DNA from: Actinomycetota bacterium
Lineage (GTDB): Bacteria; Actinomycetota; Geothermincolia; Fen-727; JAQUKT01
DNA length: 64,000 nucleotides
Reading direction: 5' to 3'
Assembly: GCA_028718945.1 (NCBI GenBank)
Contig: JAQUKT010000001.1
Coordinates: forward strand, 11,997 to 75,996
Shown here: positions 57,187 through 64,000 of the stretch, piece after piece
Position numbering within the stretch: the stretch's first letter is position 1
How the letters are laid out: the number at the start of each line of letters is the position of its first letter
The notes under the pieces: generated by a model
The model's input: the letters and a program-made list of their open reading frames with translations, nothing else
Database searches by the model: none
What the model was told of the DNA's origin: nothing
Position numbers and translations under genes: made by a program

Positions 57187-58338
57187 TTATGAAAGAATCC
57201 TCGTCGCAAGGTTCCACAGAAAACCGCGCACTATTTCTATGTTTGAAATATCGATGTTTTCAATCGTATCGGTTCCCCAGTGCCAGTTTGGAAGATTTCC
57301 CTCATCATCGAATGCCATTATGCTCATTGCGTGATATCCCCTTACGAGCGCCGGTGTTGCATCAGTTGAAAGAAGCCTGTATGAGGAGCGCCACATAGGA
57401 TAGCCTTTCTCTTTGATTACCTTTTCAGAAAGCCAAAGTAAAACTGAATCTGAATCATGCCCGATGAGCATGCCCTCCCTTTTGATATAGCAAAGATGGC
57501 CTTCCCCAAGATTGTCAAGATTTATTATTTTCGCATCCTTAAGCCGGCTACCATGCTTTTTCAAAAATTCAATCATTCCGGCAGTGCCGACCTCCTCAGC
57601 ACCAGTCGCAACGAACATTATCCCGGGAAGCCTTGATTCAGACTCGCTCAGCTTATCCATGAGCGCAAGCATGGCAACCACACCGCTCCCGTTGTCGTTT
57701 GCCCCAGGCGTGAAGTCCATTCTTATCTCCCTGTGTGCGAGGTTGACAAATGGAACAATAAGAAATGCCCCCAAGGCAGCTGCTGCAATCCAGAGACCAA
57801 AGTTCGCCTCTCCCTCAAGAATTCGAAGAGCCATATTCACCGCCGAGAGCAAACCAACTCCTATGATTCCGCCTATCATAAGGGAAAAGGAAATCCTGAA
57901 ATTCTTCACCAGTTTTGGATGGAATGAAAGTGCCGCTTTTGCACTGTCGTAGTGAGCAACAACAACCATGCTCACTTTTCCGTCTGAATCTGGAATCTCT
58001 CCGATGACATTCCGGCTCAAGCGATGAGGAAAAACTTTTGAGATTACGGGAATCGTCTCGAGGTCAATTGCAAAAAGGACAGCGTTGAGAAAAGCAATAG
58101 GGGCAGTATAAAGGACAAACCATTTTGAAAGAAAAGCGCACGAAATAGAAATAAAAAGATAAAACATGTAAAGATAGGAATAGGTATCAATCGTGAAGAA
58201 CTCCTGGGTTTTTGTGTCAAGCCCTCTCTCTTCGAATCTTTCCCTTATGTATCTCGCAGCTCTTGCTTCGGCAGGGCTCGAGGCTCCCCTCGGACCTATC
58301 TCAACCGTCAACTTCAAAAAGTCTTCCCGGATTCCCAT
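57187..58338 (-). CDS. M28-family metallopeptidase with membrane-spanning insert
   Basis: HYDS, NDNGSG and TGAEEVG zinc-ligand blocks. Two to four hydrophobic helices are inserted between them. Confidence 0.55.
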   Translation of the reverse strand: MGIREDFLKLTVEIGPRGASSPAEARAARYIRERFEERGLDTKTQEFFTIDTYSYLYMFYLFISISCAFLSKWFVLYTAPIAFLNAVLFAIDLETIPVISKVFPHRLSRNVIGEIPDSDGKVSMVVVAHYDSAKAALSFHPKLVKNFRISFSLMIGGIIGVGLLSAVNMALRILEGEANFGLWIAAAALGAFLIVPFVNLAHREIRMDFTPGANDNGSGVVAMLALMDKLSESESRLPGIMFVATGAEEVGTAGMIEFLKKHGSRLKDAKIINLDNLGEGHLCYIKREGMLIGHDSDSVLLWLSEKVIKEKGYPMWRSSYRLLSTDATPALVRGYHAMSIMAFDDEGNLPNWHWGTDTIENIDISNIEIVRGFLWNLATRILS

Positions 58339-58379
58339 CCCGATTTACCACCTTTGCTTCCACCAAGAATGGCAAGAAT

Positions 58380-58460
58380 GGGGTCAGGTCTTGCAATAAC
58401 ACATTCACTCATTATACACAAGGCAAGCGAAGAAATGTGTTATTGCAAGACCTGACCCCA
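58380..58460. repeat. Perfect 27-nt inverted repeat (two T-variant copies of the repeat family) with 28-nt spacer; stem-loop
   Basis: Left arm 58380-58405 is the exact reverse complement of right arm 58435-58460. It overlaps the last ~17 codons of the 58412-60088 gene. Confidence 0.85.
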
Positions 58461-60088
58461 TTTACCAACCAGCGAGAAACCTCGTCAAGCACATTTGTCT
58501 CAACTTTCGGGTGTGACATATATGGTTTCGAACCAGCTTCATCTATCATGTTCCCAAACCAGTGGTCAAGTCCATCAAAAGTGATAATCTTACTTTCAAA
58601 TCCTTTCCGCTTCTCCAGTGCTTCCATGAGCTCCCTGGCCTCCTCAACTGGAACAATTCTGTCGCTTGCGCCTGCCACGACCAAAACCGGAACTTCAAGG
58701 AGCTCAAGCGTTTGCAGGGTATCATGCTCCATGTGAGAGCGCATCCAACCGAGGAAAGGTTTGTGCTTGCCTATCGTTATTTTATCTACTGAACTTTCCA
58801 CCAGGCTTACGAGGTAATTGACCCATTCCCACTTTGATTCAAACTCTTCCTTCCCCAAATTTTCAGTTTTTCTTTCTTCATCAAGCATCCTCAAGAAAGT
58901 GTCAGGAAAATAAGGAGCGGATGGGGTGGCGATAAGGACACATGCTTGAATGTAGGGATTCGAGGACGCGGCAGCAGATGCAGAAATACCGCCTTCCCCG
59001 TAGCCAACAATACCAATTCTCTCAATATCAATATCTCCTCTCATCACCAAATAGTCAATCTTGGAATGGATATCCTGAACCTCTGTTTCGAGAGTATAGT
59101 ACCTGTAGTTTCCCTCGCTATCCGCTACGCCACGCCTGTCGCAGCTGAGAACCGCGAATCCCTCTTTTGCAAGTCTGTTCGCAAGTTGAGACAAAAAACC
59201 GCATCCAGTTCTATCCTGTGGTCCCTCATCTCCAACAAGAACAACTGCTTTGTATGGAGGTTTTCCGCGAGGGATCAGAAGAGAGCCTGCGAGTTCAATC
59301 CCATCAATGCTTGTTATCCTCACATCGAGGATTCTCCTTGCCCTCAAGGGATATGGCTTTGAAGCAGGTCTTCCGGGCCAGCCCTTTTTGAAAACCAGCC
59401 CCGTGCATCTGTCGCGTACCTCTACTATTTCGCCATTCCCATCGAATTTCAAAAGATAATTTATGCCGCTCGAGACAACTGCTACGGTTCGGTTTTTGGT
59501 CATTGTCGCAAAGGTCTCATAGAGCGACTTCCCTTGAGAAGGAATCATGGTCACCAGACGCAATTCCTTGCAATGAGACTCGAGTAATCTATCAAGCAGA
59601 ATCTGAAGAGAGCAAACGGATCCTCGCTCGAGAGGAAAAAAGTTCATTCCCGGATCAAAACCTGAAACATCCTCAAATGTCTGTAAGTCATCTCTAAAGT
59701 AGTTGTAACGTCCGATATCCGTTCTATCCAAACTTGCGCTGAAAATAGGACCACCTCTATCGTGCCCGCCGTAATATGCCAGCAAATATCCATTTTTCGA
59801 AATTTTTACCTCTTGCTCAAGAGTTGTCTCAAAATCGAGAAACGGGCGCCTGGTGGTGCTTTTATATATCACAAAATCATCATGTTCTTCCTTCCAGAAG
59901 CGCTCGCTTCCTATGACCTCATCGTTCTCGAGTATCGAATACCCCCTCACCGATATGCAGCCCTGAAGAAATGGAAAGAAAAGCGTGAAAAGCGAAACCG
60001 CAAGAACAATGGAAAAAGCGCGAAGTAGGCTATTTCTCTTTTTGCTTTTTGTTCGCCAAGACCTCTTTTGTCCCATCCTGTCCATCAT
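58412..60088 (-). CDS. S9/S15-like alpha/beta-hydrolase peptidase (dipeptidyl-aminopeptidase/acyl-aminoacyl peptidase-like)
   Basis: 558 aa. GYGEGG nucleophile motif with a C-terminal alpha/beta-hydrolase fold preceded by a beta-rich N-domain. The C-terminus is read from the inverted-repeat element. Confidence 0.6.
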   Translation of the reverse strand: MMDRMGQKRSWRTKSKKRNSLLRAFSIVLAVSLFTLFFPFLQGCISVRGYSILENDEVIGSERFWKEEHDDFVIYKSTTRRPFLDFETTLEQEVKISKNGYLLAYYGGHDRGGPIFSASLDRTDIGRYNYFRDDLQTFEDVSGFDPGMNFFPLERGSVCSLQILLDRLLESHCKELRLVTMIPSQGKSLYETFATMTKNRTVAVVSSGINYLLKFDGNGEIVEVRDRCTGLVFKKGWPGRPASKPYPLRARRILDVRITSIDGIELAGSLLIPRGKPPYKAVVLVGDEGPQDRTGCGFLSQLANRLAKEGFAVLSCDRRGVADSEGNYRYYTLETEVQDIHSKIDYLVMRGDIDIERIGIVGYGEGGISASAAASSNPYIQACVLIATPSAPYFPDTFLRMLDEERKTENLGKEEFESKWEWVNYLVSLVESSVDKITIGKHKPFLGWMRSHMEHDTLQTLELLEVPVLVVAGASDRIVPVEEARELMEALEKRKGFESKIITFDGLDHWFGNMIDEAGSKPYMSHPKVETNVLDEVSRWLVNGVRSCNNTFLRLPCV

Positions 60089-60654
60089 TCGAAGAATCCT
60101 CTTGATACTTCTTCACCCCTTCCGGAAACATTCATATTTTCGCATTGGAATTTGAAGCCCTCCTTGCTCGATAAATCACAAAAATCCTCTTCCTCAACAC
60201 TCATCCCGTAGTGATGCGCCACAATCCCCCCAATATTGCGAATGAGCGAAGCCTCTTTGAATCCCCTTTTGAGATCGCTGTGTATATCGTGCTTAGGAAC
60301 ATAGTTCTTCATTCCTTTCCAGCGAAGCCTGCTCTTCAGCCTCAAGAAAAGGTGCAGGGGAAAGAGCTCATGGTTTAAGGAAGGGCGTGCATCGATGTAT
60401 TCCATCAAAAGCCCTATTGCTCGAAGTTTCACGAGGCCAAAGGGAATCGGCGAGAGCTTTTCATAGATATCATTCACGCTCCTTTCGTCACTTTCGGCAA
60501 TCTTCAAGCAGGAACCCTTTGGAATTACTTTTTGCCTCAGGTCCTCGAGCTTCAAACGTAACAAGAAAGTTGCCAGGACGACGCCACTGATTACTCCAGC
60601 AATGAAGAGAAGGCAGAGGAAAAGCCGTTTCAGAAACAGGAAAACCCTTCTCAT
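60085..60654 (-). CDS. Hypothetical membrane-anchored protein
   Basis: 189 aa, single N-terminal TM. Overlaps the downstream gene by 4 nt. Confidence 0.4.
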   Translation of the reverse strand: MRRVFLFLKRLFLCLLFIAGVISGVVLATFLLRLKLEDLRQKVIPKGSCLKIAESDERSVNDIYEKLSPIPFGLVKLRAIGLLMEYIDARPSLNHELFPLHLFLRLKSRLRWKGMKNYVPKHDIHSDLKRGFKEASLIRNIGGIVAHHYGMSVEEEDFCDLSSKEGFKFQCENMNVSGRGEEVSRGFFE

Positions 60655-60759
60655 CTCACCGTCACCTTCTCATTACTCAGGTTCTACAATCATACCATCA
60701 AATAAGATGACACTTTTTCAAGCGATATTCAGGAAACAAAACTTTTTCTTGACCGGAAC

Positions 60760-62193
60760 TCAAAGCGAAAGGGCTTTGAGAAGAATTTTGCGCGCAATTG
60801 GGGCTGCAACCCTTCCGCCTTCCCCTGCGTTTTCAACAACAACCGAGATGGCCACCTTCGGCTCTATTGCAGGGGCAAAACAAATGAACCAGGAATGGGG
60901 TTTTGCGCCTTCAACTTCAGCCGTTCCGGTTTTCCCCGCCACATCGACACCCTCGATTTGAGCCGCAGTCCCAGTTCCCTTTTCCACAACATCAACCATC
61001 ATTTCTTCAAGTGTCTCGGCCGTTTCGGTGCTTATTGGTTCAAGCCACTTCTTGGGCGTAACCTGCTCAATTATCTTCCCGTTGTAGTCCTGGATTTCGT
61101 TCATAAGGAATGGCTTCATTATCACACCATTATTCGCCACCGCACACGCGACAAGAGCCATCTCAAGCGGTGTCGCAAGGTCATCTCCCTGACCAAAAGC
61201 GCTTGATGCAAGCGCGACCTTATCCATATCACTCGGCCGGTCAATCCTGCTATCAGCCACCGGTAGCTCGAATAAAATCTTTTGATTGAAACCGAAAAGT
61301 TCCGCAAAGTGAACCAGAACCTCTCCTCCGAGCCTCAATCCAACTTGAGCGAAAGTGATGTTGCATGAAACAGTTAGCGCTCTTCTGAAGTTGAGCCTTC
61401 CATGAGTCGTTCTGCCGTAGTCATAAATCGTGTATCCATGAACAGGGAGCTTGCCATTACAGGTGAATTCCGTTTCCGGTCGGGCAATTCCCGTCTCAAG
61501 AGCGGCAGCCGCCGTTATGACCTTGAAAGATGAGCCCGGTGGATAAAGCCCTTGAGTTGCCCTGTTCACCAAAGGATGCGTCTGGTCCTGCGTTAGATTC
61601 CCCCATGGGGTTTCTGTATCCCGACCGGGAAGAGGAATCACCACATTCGGGTCATACGTGGGGCTTGTTACCATTGCAAGAACTGCACCAGTTTTCGGGT
61701 CAATCACAACAGCCGCGCCTCTTCGACCCTCAAGTGCATCACTTGCTACCCTCTGCAGCCTCGAGTCAACCGTGAGCACTATCGAATTACCTTTCTTGCT
61801 CGCGCTGACAAGCCTGTTCAGCAAATTCGTGAAGGTTAGTTTTGAGCCCCTCCCCAAAAGTTCGTCGTTGAATCTTTCTTCAAGACCGGTGCGACCGTAC
61901 TTCCAGGAATCGTATCCCGTGATATCAGCAAAAAGTGAACCAGCTGGGTATTCTCTCTGATACCGATAAGGTGAGCTGCCCGCACCGACTTGCACGCATC
62001 TCGCTATCACCTGTTCGTCCGCGGTGATTATCTCTCCTCTTTGAATCCCGTATTCTTCTATTAGCCTCCTTTTGTTGAACGCATTGCCGCTTATCTCCTT
62101 AGCGCCAAATACCTGCACCCAGCTCAAGTTTACGACCACCATAAGAAGCAAAGCAATCAGAACTACGCAAAGTATTTTAATCTGCCTGTTCAA
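60760..62193 (-). CDS. Class B penicillin-binding protein (PbpA/PBP2-type transpeptidase)
   Basis: SxxK (SSFKVITAAAAL), SxN and KTG (KTGTAE) motifs. 477 aa with a short N-domain as in PbpA. Confidence 0.85.
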   Translation of the reverse strand: MNRQIKILCVVLIALLLMVVVNLSWVQVFGAKEISGNAFNKRRLIEEYGIQRGEIITADEQVIARCVQVGAGSSPYRYQREYPAGSLFADITGYDSWKYGRTGLEERFNDELLGRGSKLTFTNLLNRLVSASKKGNSIVLTVDSRLQRVASDALEGRRGAAVVIDPKTGAVLAMVTSPTYDPNVVIPLPGRDTETPWGNLTQDQTHPLVNRATQGLYPPGSSFKVITAAAALETGIARPETEFTCNGKLPVHGYTIYDYGRTTHGRLNFRRALTVSCNITFAQVGLRLGGEVLVHFAELFGFNQKILFELPVADSRIDRPSDMDKVALASSAFGQGDDLATPLEMALVACAVANNGVIMKPFLMNEIQDYNGKIIEQVTPKKWLEPISTETAETLEEMMVDVVEKGTGTAAQIEGVDVAGKTGTAEVEGAKPHSWFICFAPAIEPKVAISVVVENAGEGGRVAAPIARKILLKALSL

Positions 62194-63437
62194 CGCCTCG
62201 CCTCCTCTATTACTGACGAACTTCTCCTTGAGGCTCTATGCGAAATAACCAGAAGGAAAGCAAGGATGATAAAGTTTGCAAGAAGCGAGCTTCCACCATA
62301 ACTCACGAAAGGCAGAGTTATTCCTGTCAGTGGTATAAGCCTCGTTACCCCACCCATAATCAAAAACGATTGAATGCCCACAATACTTGTAAGACCTACT
62401 GAAAGTAGTTTGCCAAAATCATCGGGACATGAAAGGGAGATTTTCACCCCTCTCGCGACGAAAAGAAGATAAAGGATTACTACCGAAGCAGCACCCAAGA
62501 GGCCAAGCTCCTCACCCAAAGCGCTGAAGATGAAATCGGTTGTTACCGAGGGTATCAAAGTCGGATGACCAAGACCAAGGCCAGAGCCGGATACTCCTCC
62601 GGAGGAGAGCGCAAAGAGTGACTGTGAAATTTGATAAGACTGGTTTTCTATAGTTGCAGGGTTGAATGGGTCGAGCCATGTGCAAACCCGGGTGCGAACA
62701 TGGCCAAACCCAAGATAGCAAATATACGCGCCGAGAACAAAAAGGAGAAGGCCAAATACCACGTATGTCTTTCTACCCGTCGCGACAAAAAGCATCGCGA
62801 TGAAAATGCTGAAGAAAAGCAGTGAGGAGCCGAGGTCTTTCTGAAATATCATCATAAGAACGGAGATTCCCCACATCATAAGAAGTGGAACAAAATATTT
62901 GATTTCGGGAACCGTGATACCAAAAACCCTGTGAGTGCTTATCGAGAGCAGTTCTCTTTTCTCGGCGAAAAAAGCAGCCAGAAATATGACCAGCAGAACC
63001 TTTGCAAGTTCAGATGGCTGGAAGCTCAGCGGCCCAATTTTGAGCCAGAGCCTCGCTCCGTTGACCTCTTTTCCAATAATCATCGTTGATGAAAGCAGCG
63101 CAATCGCAATCAGCCCAAGTGAGTATTTGTACTGGGCAAGGAATTCGTAATTCTTGAAAAAAAGAATCACGAGAACAAATGAAAGGGCTGCGACAACAAT
63201 CCAGAGAGTCTGCTCGAGGGCAAGTTCAGGCTCGAGCCTTTCTATCAAAAGAACACCGATCATGGTGAGCGCTGCTGAAAGGGGAAGAACAATACTATCG
63301 GCAAGTGGAATCAGGAATCTCACCGCCAGATGAAGCACGATAAAAACGAAAGCAACAATTCCCGGGTAGATGAACCCGCGCGGCGAGATATGCCCATCGC
63401 GAGCAAGTTGAACTGAGGCAATCCCAAAGGCAAGCAA
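62190..63437 (-). CDS. SEDS-family peptidoglycan glycosyltransferase RodA/FtsW
   Basis: 415 aa with 10 TM helices and conserved SEDS motifs. Overlaps the downstream PBP gene. Confidence 0.85.
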   Translation of the reverse strand: MLAFGIASVQLARDGHISPRGFIYPGIVAFVFIVLHLAVRFLIPLADSIVLPLSAALTMIGVLLIERLEPELALEQTLWIVVAALSFVLVILFFKNYEFLAQYKYSLGLIAIALLSSTMIIGKEVNGARLWLKIGPLSFQPSELAKVLLVIFLAAFFAEKRELLSISTHRVFGITVPEIKYFVPLLMMWGISVLMMIFQKDLGSSLLFFSIFIAMLFVATGRKTYVVFGLLLFVLGAYICYLGFGHVRTRVCTWLDPFNPATIENQSYQISQSLFALSSGGVSGSGLGLGHPTLIPSVTTDFIFSALGEELGLLGAASVVILYLLFVARGVKISLSCPDDFGKLLSVGLTSIVGIQSFLIMGGVTRLIPLTGITLPFVSYGGSSLLANFIILAFLLVISHRASRRSSSVIEEARR

Positions 63438-63486
63438 TAACGCCAGAAAGACAATGAAAATAAGCTCCCTGTTTCGACCCCTGATG

Positions 63487-63984
63487 TCAAACCTCCTTGA
63501 ATCCGGCGGAGGAGACCACTTCTATCCTTACCTTCGAGCCCCTTCCAACCCTCACACCATAACCGGGTTTCTGACTCGTAACGGTCTCTGGCTCAACGTT
63601 CCTAAGTTGAATCAGTTCGGGCACGGGAACGAGACCTGCATTCTCGAGTTTCTCGAGCGCCTCATCGAGTTTCATTCCCAAAACACGTGGAACGATAACG
63701 GACCTCGTTTCCGCAAGCTTTTCGAGGTCTCTCATCGTTTCCTCGGCATCCTTTTGAGACTGCGCCTCGAGATTTCCCTTTACTTTCTCGCGCATCGAAT
63801 TCGGGAGAAACGAGATTTTCATTTCAGAAATGCTCTCAACTCTCGAAAGCCCCCAGAAAGGAAACCCGTGGTAAAGGGCAATTTCCCCATCCTTTTCACC
63901 AACAAAATAAGTCGTCTCATGAAGGTAATAAACTACCCCTAAAACAAGACCTATGAAGACAATTATTCCAAGGAGAATAGCCAC
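63487..63984 (-). CDS. Small membrane-anchored PASTA-domain protein
   Basis: N-terminal TM plus C-terminal PASTA-like unit (VPRVLGMKLDEALEKLENAGL...VRVGRGSKVRIEV). No kinase domain. Confidence 0.55.
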   Translation of the reverse strand: MAILLGIIVFIGLVLGVVYYLHETTYFVGEKDGEIALYHGFPFWGLSRVESISEMKISFLPNSMREKVKGNLEAQSQKDAEETMRDLEKLAETRSVIVPRVLGMKLDEALEKLENAGLVPVPELIQLRNVEPETVTSQKPGYGVRVGRGSKVRIEVVSSAGFKEV

Positions 63985-64000
63985 TAATCTTAAGATTCGC

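Noticed and set aside
1-64000. Search for tRNA, rRNA, tmRNA or CRISPR arrays in intergenic regions
   Set aside because: By eye I found no cloverleaf-compatible sequence with a T-loop GTTCRANNC/acceptor pairing, and no short direct repeats separated by unique spacers.

Overview
Bacterial chromosomal segment, about 47-48% GC. The rpsF-ssb-rpsR-rplI-dnaB block, FakA/FakB (DAK2/DegV) next to plsY, and a Tad pilus locus with no secretin point to a Gram-positive-type (monoderm-like) anaerobe. Reading left to right: a PadR-regulated ABC-2 exporter; fakA-fakB and plsY; a tungsten/molybdenum cofactor cluster (moaC, moaA, two moeA paralogs, one fused to a PBP-like domain) with a tupABC-like tungstate ABC transporter whose binding-protein gene is interrupted at an A7 homopolymer. 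An 18.6-kb block follows, all on the minus strand, that I consider the most interesting part of the window. It holds a 2818-aa secreted protein (Ycf48/BNR-type beta-propellers, 7 IPT/TIG domains and 4 copies of an unrecognised C-terminal ~105-aa domain), an ECF sigma factor, three tandem paralogous membrane-anchored proteins built almost entirely of a 23-residue alpha-helical repeat I cannot assign to a known family, and a zinc-ribbon membrane protein. The first of the three paralogs carries an anti-sigma-like cytoplasmic N-terminus. Next comes a Tad/Flp pilus locus (tadZ, tadA, tadB, tadC, flp, tadV, tadE and a TadG-NlpC/P60 fusion) with a 13-nt motif repeated upstream of three of its genes, and a convergent PilB/GspE ATPase. 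After that: a PaaK-like ligase, redox and Fe-S proteins, an M23 peptidase fused to a polytopic membrane domain, GTP-PEPCK, the ribosomal/ssb/dnaB block, comFB, peptidases, and a mini-PASTA protein with rodA and a pbpA-type PBP. A 27-28-nt repeat family (ATGTGTYATTGCAAGACCTGACCCC) occurs five times in intergenic positions, including a MITE-like 555-bp unit with inverted termini and a perfect hairpin. I found no rRNA, tRNA or CRISPR.
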